Origin: Acholeplasma sp.
Lineage (GTDB): Bacteria; Bacillota_I; Bacilli_A; Acholeplasmatales; UBA5453
Assembly: GCA_036677365.1 (NCBI GenBank)
Contig: JAVBWN010000015.1
Coordinates: 15,847 to 79,846 of the forward strand
Reading direction: 5' to 3'
DNA: 64,000 nucleotides
Of the stretch, positions 18,172 through 28,584 are shown one piece after another; positions within the stretch are counted from its first letter, which is position 1, and each line of letters starts with the position of its first letter. The translations under genes and the position numbers were made by a program. The notes under the pieces were generated by a model, which saw only the letters and a program-made list of their open reading frames with translations, was not told where the DNA came from and did no database searches.

Positions 18172-18630
18172 TTATAATTTCACTTTAAATACGGCTTTTT
18201 TGACCATATCTTGTGTCCCATTGGACAACTTAGGCATGTGAAGTTCATCTTTGAAAACCATCGCGAACATGCCTTTGGTCAATAATACAGTTGAAAAATA
18301 GCCGAGGGATTGTCCCTTTTTGACATCTTTTTCAGGGTTATAAGCTTCCGTGACTTGAAATTTTAAGTCATCTGCTTCGAGGTAACCCAATATTTCAGTG
18401 CCTTCCAAGACAAGTTGAATATCCCCATAGACTTGGTGAGATTCAAAATAACACTGCATCAACGGTTTTGGTATGTAGTCTTCTCGAATCAAACGGACTT
18501 GATCCGTGATGACGTGGTTGCCCACAGGCAAATCTTTGATGTCATGTGCATGGATATAATCAATCACGGTTTGAATATTCGAATTGAGCGATACATATTT
18601 ATGCAAGTTTTTGATATGATCAACAATCAT
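18172..18630 (-). CDS. YhcH/YjgK/YiaL (NanQ-like) protein
   Basis: FESHQVYGDIQ, ELHMP and VKKAVFKV motifs. Confidence 0.88.
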   Translation of the reverse strand: MIVDHIKNLHKYVSLNSNIQTVIDYIHAHDIKDLPVGNHVITDQVRLIREDYIPKPLMQCYFESHQVYGDIQLVLEGTEILGYLEADDLKFQVTEAYNPEKDVKKGQSLGYFSTVLLTKGMFAMVFKDELHMPKLSNGTQDMVKKAVFKVKL

Positions 18631-18633
18631 CGT

Positions 18634-19278
18634 TTAAACCCCTTTTCTGGCTGCTTTCACGGCTTCAACAAAAGCCCTAGCATTATCTGTAACGGCCTTG
18701 AAGTCGCCTTTTTTGGCCGGTCCGGTGAGTTCTCCACCGACACCTACAGCAACCACGCCATTTTTAATCCATTGTCCGACATTATCTAAAGATACCCCAC
18801 CTGTTGGCATGATTTGAATGTTTGGTAGCGGGCCTTTCACTGCTTTTATAAATTCCGGACCAAAAACCGACCCAGGGAATAGTTTAATGATTTGAACGCC
18901 TGCTTTTAGGGCGGTTAACATTTCTGTGATTGTCATACAACCCGGCATGTAAGGTATACCGACCGAGTTACAATACTGTGCGGTGGCTAAATCAAACCCT
19001 GGGCTAACGATGTATTTCGCACCGGCTTCTATGGCTAGTTTCGCGGTAGCTTCATCGAGTACTGTACCAGCCCCTAATATCAATTTTTCTGCAGGGATGC
19101 TTTCTGCCAAATGTTGGATGACTTCATCGGCTTTTGGTACGGTGAATGTCAATTCGATGGCTTTAAGTCCGCCTTCGATGCATGCTTCTGCAATTTTGGT
19201 CGCTTCTTCTTTGGTTTGAGCTCGTACGACGGCGACCACGCCTACCGCTTTGATTTGTTCTAAAATGGGGTTTTGCAT
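18634..19278 (-). CDS. eda: KDPG/KHG aldolase
   Basis: GAGTVL, IVSPG, KLFPG and PTGGV motifs; start ATG 19278 after GGAG. Confidence 0.93.
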   Translation of the reverse strand: MQNPILEQIKAVGVVAVVRAQTKEEATKIAEACIEGGLKAIELTFTVPKADEVIQHLAESIPAEKLILGAGTVLDEATAKLAIEAGAKYIVSPGFDLATAQYCNSVGIPYMPGCMTITEMLTALKAGVQIIKLFPGSVFGPEFIKAVKGPLPNIQIMPTGGVSLDNVGQWIKNGVVAVGVGGELTGPAKKGDFKAVTDNARAFVEAVKAARKGV

Positions 19279-19290
19279 ATCATAATCTCC

Positions 19291-19345
19291 GTTCAATATG
19301 ATAGACACCTATCATCATTGTATTGCATTGGTATTTGTTTTACAA
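19291..19345 (-). promoter_or_regulatory. Internal promoter for eda-kduD, with possible IclR operator
   Basis: TTGTAA-17-TACAAT (19345-19317); GTYY-N8-RRAC site at 19291-19306. Confidence 0.5.
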
Positions 19346-20890
19346 GGTACTATCGATAATTTCTTGTTTTTTAACGTGGATCAATTCGATGGGTTTGGTT
19401 GCTGCACCACGGATCGACACGTTTTTGATTTTAACTTCATCGACATGGTTAAAGTATAACCCTTGCTTGGTGCGTGGTTCTTCAAAACTCATCATGGCAG
19501 GTATGCCTGCTTCTGGGTTTTCTGCATACGTAAATTGGATATTTTCCAGTTCGATGCTTTTAATGGGCTGTTCTGGGAGTCCATAGAAAAAGCCTGCTGC
19601 CACATGAACATCCTCACAAATCATATTTTTAAATCCGAATCGCCCCAAATAAGGTGTTCGGTCATCGATCGGTAAAGCTTCTTTTGACCACACATATTCG
19701 GTCTTGCCATCGTCATCACAGAAATAATACATATTCATCACCAAAGGGGTCAAAACACCTTTCATGTAGATGTTATTGAACGTGATGCCATCGATGACGG
19801 CGTCTTTACCTCGGCCACGTCTGGTTTTGATACGTAACCCACGGTCGGTATCTAAAAAGTAACATTGCGACACTTGAATGTCTTTCATCCCACCAGACAT
19901 TTCCGAACCCAACACCACAGCCCCGTGGCCATACTTCATCATGCAATTACGAATGACGACACGTTCGCAGGGTTGTTTATATGTTTTACCGAGTTCAATT
20001 TTACCGGATTTCAAGGCGATACAGTCATCACCTACAGAAAAATCGATGCCAATGATTCTGACGTCTTTACAAGACTCTGGGTCACACCCATCGGTGTTCG
20101 GTGAGTCTTTAGGTGATTCAATCTTTAAATCAATAAAATCAATGTGTTCTGAAAAATAAGGGTGTAAATTCCAAGAAGGTGTATTTTTAACCGTGACGCC
20201 TTGGAGTGCGACGTGTTTCGAATGGACTAAAAACAACCCATTTGGACGCCATGCACCACGCATGACTTTGTGTTTTACCCACCAATCACCGTGTTGTGCA
20301 TTGCCATCAAACACCCCTTGACCAATGATTTTCACGTGTTCAACGTTTAAACCGGTAATCATCGAAGCGTATTGTGGGGCTGCTACCCCTTCCCAAGATG
20401 CCAGTTCATAAAATGAACCATCGGGCTTGGTGAAACGGGCAGGTAAAATTGGGTATTGTGCTCGATCCGTGAGGTATACCAAGGTTGCACCTTGGGCCAA
20501 TTCAATCGTTAAGTGACTCTTTAAGAATATTGGACCCACGATGTAGGTGCCTTTGGGGATATAGACTCTAGCATAAGCTGGTGCAGATAAAATGGCGGTT
20601 TGAATGGCCATCGTATCGTTTGAAATACCGTCGCCTTTGGCACCAAAATCCATAACATTCATCGATAAGGATTCAGACTCCGTTTCAAATGAAGCTTCAT
20701 GGGTGCCAATACGAACGCGATAAGTTTGATTGGGTATCAAGTCATAAATAGAAAACACATTGGTTTTTACGTTCTGTAAAACCAACGTGTCATTCAAAAA
20801 CACGTCATACGCGCTCGAGCTATAATAAATATCTTGATTGTCCAACTCAAATGTAAAACTTCTTGAGGATTTAAATATGAGTTTAAACAT
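19340..20890 (-). CDS. GH28 polygalacturonase, probably cytoplasmic and exo-acting
   Basis: All four GH28 motifs (NTDG, GDD, GHG, RIK); no signal peptide. Confidence 0.92.
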   Translation of the reverse strand: MFKLIFKSSRSFTFELDNQDIYYSSSAYDVFLNDTLVLQNVKTNVFSIYDLIPNQTYRVRIGTHEASFETESESLSMNVMDFGAKGDGISNDTMAIQTAILSAPAYARVYIPKGTYIVGPIFLKSHLTIELAQGATLVYLTDRAQYPILPARFTKPDGSFYELASWEGVAAPQYASMITGLNVEHVKIIGQGVFDGNAQHGDWWVKHKVMRGAWRPNGLFLVHSKHVALQGVTVKNTPSWNLHPYFSEHIDFIDLKIESPKDSPNTDGCDPESCKDVRIIGIDFSVGDDCIALKSGKIELGKTYKQPCERVVIRNCMMKYGHGAVVLGSEMSGGMKDIQVSQCYFLDTDRGLRIKTRRGRGKDAVIDGITFNNIYMKGVLTPLVMNMYYFCDDDGKTEYVWSKEALPIDDRTPYLGRFGFKNMICEDVHVAAGFFYGLPEQPIKSIELENIQFTYAENPEAGIPAMMSFEEPRTKQGLYFNHVDEVKIKNVSIRGAATKPIELIHVKKQEIIDSTL

Positions 20891-20899
20891 GGCTTGCTC

Positions 20900-21427
20900 C
20901 TATTTTTTTATTTTTGTTATGATCAGATTTTTTGCAGTAATCCAAAGGTAATCCATGAAGAGGTACACCAACCCAAATGTGATTGGGTCAATCCCACGGT
21001 TTTCAAAACCAAACATCAACATCCCAATGGAAGGGATTCCTATAAGCATCATCAATTCAACAAAATAAACACTGGTGACCACCATGATGATGACAAACCC
21101 CAACGAAGCAAGGATGCTTAGGATTGAACTGCGCTTGATGTAAAATGGTAAATATTTTAGTGTTGGTGTTTTATCGTTATGCATCCATACGATGACTTTA
21201 TTCGAAATGAATTCTACAGCCAATGTGAGTATGAGTACCAATAAAACAAATCGGTCTAACACATCATAAGTATCGATCGATAGTGCCGTAAATGTGACGA
21301 AGAATGCTGCCCCTGAAAACCAAAATTTCATGAAGCCAATTTTGACACCTGGTTTAATATTGGCCAGTTTGTCAATCCCATAAGGGTTGAACCCCTCGTG
21401 GTCAGGCTTATTCTTCAATTTTGACAT
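20900..21427 (-). CDS. Hypothetical membrane protein in the pectin ABC operon
   Basis: About 4 TM; overlaps the upstream gene; start ATG 21427 assumed. Confidence 0.7.
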   Translation of the reverse strand: MSKLKNKPDHEGFNPYGIDKLANIKPGVKIGFMKFWFSGAAFFVTFTALSIDTYDVLDRFVLLVLILTLAVEFISNKVIVWMHNDKTPTLKYLPFYIKRSSILSILASLGFVIIMVVTSVYFVELMMLIGIPSIGMLMFGFENRGIDPITFGLVYLFMDYLWITAKNLIITKIKK

Positions 21428-21908
21428 ATTTCCAGTCCACATAAGCCCACGCAAATAGCGTAGCAATCACATAAAACACAAATCCTGTCGCCATGATGCC
21501 CATCGACATGATGCTGTAGTTTTTCAAAGTATAATCTGTTCGGGTAGCGGCTTCAACCAAAAATGCATTCGAATACAAATAAACAAACAGCCCTTGAATC
21601 ACATTCAACACCGTGAATAAAATCAAAGATATGGGTGAACGTTTTCTTGAAAAAGACATTGAATTGAAGATTTGTACCATCGCAATGATGTACATGGCGA
21701 ATAAGTAGAAACCAACTTCTTTGGAGGTGAGTTCGTTGATTGCTGAGATGTGCGAACGGAAGACAAATCCGTTGGTTCTAAAATCGAGGAATAAGGTATA
21801 AATGAGTGACCCAATCACAGTGAACATCACAGGGATTTTGTATTTATTATAGCTGTACCAACGTTTAGTGAACTGTTGGAACGTTTCTTTTGGTTTTACA
21901 CTATTCAT
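21408..21908 (-). CDS. Hypothetical membrane protein in the pectin ABC operon
   Basis: About 4 TM; ATG 21908 overlaps the ATPase stop. Confidence 0.72.
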   Translation of the reverse strand: MNSVKPKETFQQFTKRWYSYNKYKIPVMFTVIGSLIYTLFLDFRTNGFVFRSHISAINELTSKEVGFYLFAMYIIAMVQIFNSMSFSRKRSPISLILFTVLNVIQGLFVYLYSNAFLVEAATRTDYTLKNYSIMSMGIMATGFVFYVIATLFAWAYVDWKYVKIEE

Positions 21909-23004
21909 AAATGCTTTGCTCCGTTTCTTTGTCAAAGAAATATAAATGAGATTGGTCAAAAGAAACGACAACCTCATCCCCGACTTGATATATGTGACGG
22001 GCATTGATTTTTAAAATCACATTTTTGCCTCCAAAACGGACATGCACCAACGCTTCAGCACCTAATAATTCATACAATTGTACGGTGGTATTGAAACCTT
22101 CGATGTCTTTCGCATCACATTGTTTGCAAATACGGAAATGTTCAGGTCTCAAACCGACAATGATTTCTTTTCCAAAATACCCTTTGGCTTTTAATGTTGA
22201 AAATGGTTTGGATTGGTTAATGTGCATTTTAACACCATCAATTTCCAATAAACCATCCGCATCGATATCGCCTCTAAAGATATTCATTGGCGGTGTCCCA
22301 ATAAAATTTGCAACAAATAAATTATTGGGTTTATTGTAGACTTCTACCGGGGTACCGATTTGTTGGACATAGCCATCTTTCATGACAACCATGCGGTCCG
22401 CTAATGTTAGAGCTTCGATTTGGTCATGGGTCACATAAACCATGGTCGTCCCTAGACGGTGGTGTAATTCCTTCAATTCTTTACGCATGATCCCTCTGAG
22501 TTTCGCATCCAAATTGGATAATGGTTCATCGAGTAAGAATACTTTTGGGTCACGTACAATCGCACGGCCTAAGGCAACACGTTGACGTTGACCACCCGAG
22601 AGCTCACGTGGTTTTCGATTCAAATAAGGCTTTAAACCTAAAATATTGGCAGCCCACATGACACGTTCATGGATGTGGTCAGAATTGACTTTTCGAAGTG
22701 TCAATGAGAAAGCCATGTTATGATAAACCGTCATGTGTGCATACAATGCGTAGTTTTGGAATACCATGGCGATATCGCGGTCTTTGGGTGCTAGATTATT
22801 GACATTCGCACCATCAATCAAAAGATTTCCTGTAGAGATTTCTTCTAATCCAGCGATCATTCTTAGGGTCGTAGATTTACCGCACCCCGAAGGTCCAACC
22901 AAGACGATGAACTCACCGTGTTCGATATCGATATTAAAATCAAATACCGCTTGTACCCCATTTAAATAGATTTTATTGACATGTTGTAGTGACATCGTTG
23001 ACAT
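21901..23004 (-). CDS. Carbohydrate ABC importer ATPase (MalK/MsmK-like)
   Basis: GPSGCGKST, LSGGQ, LLDEPLSNLD and FIGTPPMN motifs; C-terminal OB-type domain. Confidence 0.95.
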   Translation of the reverse strand: MSTMSLQHVNKIYLNGVQAVFDFNIDIEHGEFIVLVGPSGCGKSTTLRMIAGLEEISTGNLLIDGANVNNLAPKDRDIAMVFQNYALYAHMTVYHNMAFSLTLRKVNSDHIHERVMWAANILGLKPYLNRKPRELSGGQRQRVALGRAIVRDPKVFLLDEPLSNLDAKLRGIMRKELKELHHRLGTTMVYVTHDQIEALTLADRMVVMKDGYVQQIGTPVEVYNKPNNLFVANFIGTPPMNIFRGDIDADGLLEIDGVKMHINQSKPFSTLKAKGYFGKEIIVGLRPEHFRICKQCDAKDIEGFNTTVQLYELLGAEALVHVRFGGKNVILKINARHIYQVGDEVVVSFDQSHLYFFDKETEQSIYE

Positions 23005-23005
23005 A

Positions 23006-23452
23006 TTATTCACCTGATTCCTTTAAATGTGCCATCAATGCACGATGTTTTTTAATGGTAATTATTGCTGCAATCAAAAGTAAAATGATCGAACCAATAA
23101 TCAAATCGATAATTATGAAGTATTGACGCCCTGAAATTTGCCCTAAGCGGAATAATTTCAATGGTTCATAAAAGATTCTAAGTAAGTGTAAAAATGCGAT
23201 AACGAACAAACCATAGCCCCATTTGATGTTGTAAGCTTTGACTTTTTCAGCCGCTAGAAATGTAAATAGCATTAATGTAATGTTGATTAATATTTCCATA
23301 GCGGTAGTAAACGATGGTACAACCATACGCGGGATGATGGTTGAAAACAATGAACCAACCTGATTTACCATGGCCAACAATACCAACCAATAGGCTAACT
23401 TATTTTGTTGGTAACGCATCTTATCGACACGGATATTTTTAATGGTTGCCAT
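23006..23452 (-). CDS. Hypothetical membrane protein in the pectin ABC operon
   Basis: About 4 TM; overlaps the upstream gene by 14 nt. Confidence 0.75.
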   Translation of the reverse strand: MATIKNIRVDKMRYQQNKLAYWLVLLAMVNQVGSLFSTIIPRMVVPSFTTAMEILINITLMLFTFLAAEKVKAYNIKWGYGLFVIAFLHLLRIFYEPLKLFRLGQISGRQYFIIIDLIIGSIILLLIAAIITIKKHRALMAHLKESGE

Positions 23453-24008
23453 AGGATGTCACCGCCTTTTGAATGAGTTGGGCACGTTCTTTTTGAGCAC
23501 GCACTTTATATACTAAGAATACCACGACTGTGATTGACACCACAATCATCAAAATTGCGTATAAGTTACCAAATTCAAAGACGATATAGTTTTTAACTGT
23601 ACGTCTGATTTGATACAAATGTTCAGGGACTTCTAATGGACTGATGTTTCGATACATCGGTTCTAATACACTGTTATAATAAAGCGTTAAAACAGCGGAA
23701 ACAAGCAATGTGATCGATGAAAGTACGCTTAAAACAATATTACTTAGATAGAATTTTTTACGTGTAAATGATGCTGTAAAAACAAGTAATAGTAATAAAA
23801 TCACACCAATAAAACCGACTTGTGATAACACACGATTGGCGGTTTGGGAGGCAAGATAGAATTGTGAAGCACGGGTTTCGGAAACGATATAAGCCCAGTT
23901 TGTACTGTAACCTAAAGTATATACATAGAACCCTGATGCAGTGAGGATCAATAACGTATAAACGATGGGTTGGATGTGCTTGCCGATTGTTTTAAGAATA
24001 TTTTGCAT
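23439..24008 (-). CDS. Hypothetical membrane protein in the pectin ABC operon
   Basis: About 4 TM; follows the binding protein gene. Confidence 0.75.
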   Translation of the reverse strand: MQNILKTIGKHIQPIVYTLLILTASGFYVYTLGYSTNWAYIVSETRASQFYLASQTANRVLSQVGFIGVILLLLLVFTASFTRKKFYLSNIVLSVLSSITLLVSAVLTLYYNSVLEPMYRNISPLEVPEHLYQIRRTVKNYIVFEFGNLYAILMIVVSITVVVFLVYKVRAQKERAQLIQKAVTSYGNH

Positions 24009-24043
24009 AAAATCACTTCTACTTTCATTTAAGTTTAGTTAGG

Positions 24044-24081
24044 TTGGACCCGAGAAGGGCGAGTTGCCCTTCTCGTTCCAA
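24044..24081 (-). other. Strong intercistronic stem-loop after the solute-binding protein gene
   Basis: CGAGAAGGGC/GCCCTTCTCG perfect 10-bp stem extended by TTGGA/TCCAA; no U-tract. Confidence 0.75.
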
Positions 24082-24090
24082 TCATGTTAA

Positions 24091-26649
24091 TTATTTATTA
24101 ACCCTTGCGTAAGCCGCTTCTAATGCAGCTTTATAAATCACTTGGTAAGTATTGATGCCATCTTTTGTAACATAAGTACTGAAATATACTTGTGCAGTGA
24201 CAGTATTACCATTACCAGAGAAACCGTATCTAACGAGTTTAGCCAATTGTGCATCTGCCCAAATGTCATCGTAAGTTAAGGTTTGCATATCAGCAAGTTC
24301 ATCGGCAGTAAGTGCGAATAGGGACGGCGCTAATCTGTACCATGGGTTTTCAGATTGATAAACACCCGCTAATCTAAATGTACCTGCTTGAACTGCGGTA
24401 TTGATTCTTTGGATACCAGCGATACCTTGGCTAGACAATGTTTGGAATTCAAGACCTAGACCACGGATGTGTCCAATTGGCATGGTTGCGCCAACATAAC
24501 GTCTTAGGTAGTTGATCATATTACCAGAAGCCAGTGTTTGCATTTCAGCGAGTGCTGCTGCAGAAATCGCAGGAATCATTTCACCATTATAGGAGATTTG
24601 TCCATCGATGAAGCCTTGAGGACCATATAAGTGGATGTTACCAACAGAATCATTGGATGAATAATCATACATACCATCGACTAAAGTCAAGACTCTAGCC
24701 AATTTCGCTGTATCGTTTGCCACGTGTGCTGGGATACCCCATGCTTCATTCTTAAGGGATCTGACACCTTCAGAGAAGTGGAAATATTCACCTGTTCCTA
24801 ACCAGTCATTGACAGGAGGTAAAATGGCTTCAAAACGGAATGTAGGGTCTAATGCTTGAGCGGCTGTGATATAACCGTTTGGTGTTGAAGATGCATTGTA
24901 ATCATAAGTGATGAAACCATATGAACCTTGTAACAATTGTGCTCTGTGGTCAGTGTTTGAACCAGAGTCAAATGTTTGAATGATCAATTGGTCAGCAAAC
25001 ATGTTGGTAAGTTGTGTAACACCATCGATGGTCTTCTGTTCTGCTCTCGCATCCACAATACCACCTTGTTCATTGAAGTATGCCCAGTCATATCTGGAGA
25101 ACATACCACGTAGACCAAACATTTCAAGACCACGGAATAAGTTACGAATGCGTGCAGCTTGTGATGTTCTTGGGAACATAACTTCAACCGCTGTCTTCGG
25201 TGTAGATAATTCTCTAGTTAAGAATTGTGGGTTCGCTTTAACAACATACATCAATGCCAATAATTCATCGACATCGTATGCTGCGTCTGTACCGACGAAT
25301 ACGTCAGAAAGTTTCGCATAACCTTGGCTACCATAGGTTGCTTGCATATAAGATCTGAATGCGTTTGCCATCGATGCACCAGTCTTATTAGGTAAGTTTT
25401 GAAGGGTAGTTAAGATGTTTGCTGTGTGTGCTTTGGTTACATTACGGGTTGTACCATCCGGATTAGCAACTTGAACAACAACGTTTAAGTTTTCAGGGGT
25501 CGTTCTAGTTACTGTGAATGAACCGGTATAAGCGGTTGTATCAAATGCAGGGGATGCAACATCAAGGATATCTTGAACCCAGTCAATACGAACTAAGAAC
25601 ATTTGTTCGATTTCACCGAAACCATCGAAATAAGGGGTATAGTAGATACCACCATTGGCAGCGGTCATGGAAGCTCTAACTGAAGGGTTGTCTGTTAAGA
25701 ACTTGTTTAAGTTAGGCATCGAGTTTAAATACTTGGATAAGTCAACAAAGTTGTTACCAGAAACACCATATTGTGTGAGTTGTGCACCAGTAGCGTTTAC
25801 TAAATCCACTGTGGAGAAACTATTGGTTAATAATTCGTTGAATTGGTTGGTGGTAGTATTGCTGACTTTAGCATCTTGGAATGTGATGTTTAATTTTTGT
25901 CCAAGGGCTTCCCACACTGGCATCAACATACCATTGGTATAGGTTTTACCATTTAAAGAAACATATGGGTTTGCTTCTTGGTAGGAAATACCTCTACCTT
26001 CGTAGTTAATAGCGACTTTCAATGTGATTGCTTTTGAAGGGTCATCTTCAACCAATGTACCAGACACGTTTACTTGGAATTGTGCGGTTTGTGATTGATA
26101 TGTCACAGTGATCACTTTTAGACCAGCAGACAATGAATCAAATCCAGCCACTGTCAATTCTGCATGTGGTATAGCGACTTTAGAACCATCTGAGTATAAA
26201 GCTTCAACGACTAATCCATTTAAGCTTAATACACCATTTAGACCATACGTGGTCTTTGAAGGTAATGTCTTCACTTGAATTGCAAGTAAAGTTACTGGGG
26301 CATCCGGGTCATTGACAACAACCACAAATGTAGTCGTTAATGTACCCACAGTTACAGTGATGGTCTTTAGACCTGGTGTAGCTGCAGAGAATCCAGATAC
26401 TTGGTATTGGTTCGCACCCGTACCTTGAGTTAGAATCACGCTGGAAGCATCGTTATAGATACCTTCAACTTGAAGTCCTGTTAAGTCAAGCGCTGTGTCG
26501 TTGACTTCATAAGCTGTTTTAGTAGGTGCGACTTTAACGTTGATTGCGACCAACACTTTTTCCGGTTCAGGTTCATTACCGCCACCGATACAGCCTGCTA
26601 AAACGAATAGTGATAATACCGTTAGGATTATCCCAAACATTTTTTTCAT
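24091..26649 (-). CDS. ABC solute-binding lipoprotein with two N-terminal Ig-like (Big_3-type) repeats
   Basis: Lipobox LAGC after MKKMF; two ~80 aa repeats; sugar-SBP motifs (MPNL, GGIYYTP, VRIDW); start ATG 26649 after GGAGG. Confidence 0.85.
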   Translation of the reverse strand: MKKMFGIILTVLSLFVLAGCIGGGNEPEPEKVLVAINVKVAPTKTAYEVNDTALDLTGLQVEGIYNDASSVILTQGTGANQYQVSGFSAATPGLKTITVTVGTLTTTFVVVVNDPDAPVTLLAIQVKTLPSKTTYGLNGVLSLNGLVVEALYSDGSKVAIPHAELTVAGFDSLSAGLKVITVTYQSQTAQFQVNVSGTLVEDDPSKAITLKVAINYEGRGISYQEANPYVSLNGKTYTNGMLMPVWEALGQKLNITFQDAKVSNTTTNQFNELLTNSFSTVDLVNATGAQLTQYGVSGNNFVDLSKYLNSMPNLNKFLTDNPSVRASMTAANGGIYYTPYFDGFGEIEQMFLVRIDWVQDILDVASPAFDTTAYTGSFTVTRTTPENLNVVVQVANPDGTTRNVTKAHTANILTTLQNLPNKTGASMANAFRSYMQATYGSQGYAKLSDVFVGTDAAYDVDELLALMYVVKANPQFLTRELSTPKTAVEVMFPRTSQAARIRNLFRGLEMFGLRGMFSRYDWAYFNEQGGIVDARAEQKTIDGVTQLTNMFADQLIIQTFDSGSNTDHRAQLLQGSYGFITYDYNASSTPNGYITAAQALDPTFRFEAILPPVNDWLGTGEYFHFSEGVRSLKNEAWGIPAHVANDTAKLARVLTLVDGMYDYSSNDSVGNIHLYGPQGFIDGQISYNGEMIPAISAAALAEMQTLASGNMINYLRRYVGATMPIGHIRGLGLEFQTLSSQGIAGIQRINTAVQAGTFRLAGVYQSENPWYRLAPSLFALTADELADMQTLTYDDIWADAQLAKLVRYGFSGNGNTVTAQVYFSTYVTKDGINTYQVIYKAALEAAYARVNK

Positions 26650-26671
26650 ACTTTTTCTTCCTCCTCTTTCT

Positions 26672-27535
26672 TTATTCTTTAACCCCACCAACGTTGACAC
26701 CGCGTGCGAAATACTTTTGTAAGTACGGGTAGACAACGATGATTGGGATAATAGACATGACTATCATCGCATACATGTACGAATACGGTGAATAAGGGGT
26801 ATTCGTGATCGATGCGTTTTCGTCCATCAAGTATTCACTCAAATACTTACGAAGATGGACTTGAAGCGGGTGTTCGACGTTCCAGTTGACCAAGACTAAG
26901 TTCCAGAAATAACCATTCCAACGCGATAACGCATAGAACAGCGTGACGGTAGCCAAGGCACTTTTAGACATCGGTAAGTATACATTGGTGAGGACTTGGA
27001 ATTCGTTTGCACCATCGACGATGGCCGCTTCTTCGATTTCTTTTGAGACCCCACTAAAATAGTTTCTAAGTAAAATGACATTGAATGCTTGAACCCCAAA
27101 ACCGTAGATGATCCCCCAGCGGAAATCGACCCCAAACATCTTATAGTTCAAGAAGGTCGGAATCATCCCTGCAGAAAACCACATGGTAAATACGATTAAG
27201 AAGTTGATTTGTCTTCTAAATACCAAACGGGATTTGGACAGTGCATACGCAGCAGCAATCGACATCACCATCGAGAAGATGGTTCCAAAGAAGGTATAGA
27301 ACAGGGTATTGGTATACGCAATCCAAAATCCTTTATCGGAAATGACGGCGATCAACGCGTCTAATTGAAAATCCACAGGCCAAAATATGACTCGACCTTG
27401 CTCAAAAGCGAGTTTGCCCGATACCGATGCAGATAGTGTGTAAATGAATGGGTATAAAGCTGCGATAGCGAATAAGGTAACCAACACATACGCTATGACT
27501 TTGAAAATGACTTCAGATATATCTAATCTTCGCAT
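26672..27535 (-). CDS. Carbohydrate ABC permease (LplC/MalG-like)
   Basis: EAA motif EIEEAAIVDGA; YPYLQKYF..GGVKE. Confidence 0.93.
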   Translation of the reverse strand: MRRLDISEVIFKVIAYVLVTLFAIAALYPFIYTLSASVSGKLAFEQGRVIFWPVDFQLDALIAVISDKGFWIAYTNTLFYTFFGTIFSMVMSIAAAYALSKSRLVFRRQINFLIVFTMWFSAGMIPTFLNYKMFGVDFRWGIIYGFGVQAFNVILLRNYFSGVSKEIEEAAIVDGANEFQVLTNVYLPMSKSALATVTLFYALSRWNGYFWNLVLVNWNVEHPLQVHLRKYLSEYLMDENASITNTPYSPYSYMYAMIVMSIIPIIVVYPYLQKYFARGVNVGGVKE

Positions 27536-27546
27536 AGGGGTTCTCC

Positions 27547-28584
27547 TTAGAATAATGACGTGTCAGATACACGTTTCGAGATGAAGTTCGCACCTAAGAC
27601 CAAGAACATCGCGATGATCGAGTTGAATAAGTCTGCGGCTGCGGCGGTATTGAGTGAAATCGATTGTCCGCCCATCAACCCACCAATTCTGGTAACAAAG
27701 GTTGAGATGACATCGGCCGTTTCATACGTTTGAACGTTATATAACAAAATGATTTTTTCATAGCCAACCGATAATATTTCGCCGATACGCAAGATGAGCA
27801 TGATGGTTAAGGTTGGTGCCATCCCTGGCAAGGTAACATATCGGATTTGAGCCAATTTGTTCGCCCCATCGATTCTAGCGGCTTCATAGTTGGTTGGGCT
27901 GATGGCCATGATCGCTGCGAAATACACAATCGACCCGTAACCTGCGCCTTCCCAAATCCCTGAAATGATATAAATCGATCTAAAATATTGAGGCTCATGT
28001 AACATACGGGTATTTTCACCAATCAGTCCAAACATTTGGAATAAGGAGGTTAAAACCCCTGGGGCTTGGTGCGGTTCATTGCCTTCAAATAACATCAACG
28101 TGATGATGGAGGTGATGACTACGGTACTGATGAATTTCGGTAAATAAGTTAGGATTTGTGTTAAGCTTCGGTAGAAATCCGATTTGATTTCCGAGAAAAA
28201 CAATGCGAGGATGATGGGTACAGGGAAACCGAAAATCAAGCCATACATGGAAATCGCGAATGTATTTCTAAACGCTTGCCAGAACTCTTTTGCGTAGTCA
28301 CCAGCAATCAGCGATCTAAATGCGTAAAATCCAGCAAATGGGGCCTGACCAACCGATAGTGTTAGATCGTTTTGGTTTTTAAATGCTGCCAAGATACCAT
28401 AAATCGGCATGTATCTAAAAATGAAGAAATATAAGATGACGGGGATGAGCATGACGTATAATGGCCAGTCTTTTTTGATCGAAACCCAATAGCGATGCCA
28501 CTTGTTTTTCTCCAATGACTCCATTAAGAGTTCATGTTTCAGTTCATCTAAACTCATGTTTTTAACGTCGTTGTTAACTTTCAT
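27547..28584 (-). CDS. Carbohydrate ABC permease (LplB/MalF-like)
   Basis: EAA motif YEAARIDGA; YLPKFIS; GYGSIVY. Confidence 0.93.
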   Translation of the reverse strand: MKVNNDVKNMSLDELKHELLMESLEKNKWHRYWVSIKKDWPLYVMLIPVILYFFIFRYMPIYGILAAFKNQNDLTLSVGQAPFAGFYAFRSLIAGDYAKEFWQAFRNTFAISMYGLIFGFPVPIILALFFSEIKSDFYRSLTQILTYLPKFISTVVITSIITLMLFEGNEPHQAPGVLTSLFQMFGLIGENTRMLHEPQYFRSIYIISGIWEGAGYGSIVYFAAIMAISPTNYEAARIDGANKLAQIRYVTLPGMAPTLTIMLILRIGEILSVGYEKIILLYNVQTYETADVISTFVTRIGGLMGGQSISLNTAAAADLFNSIIAMFLVLGANFISKRVSDTSLF

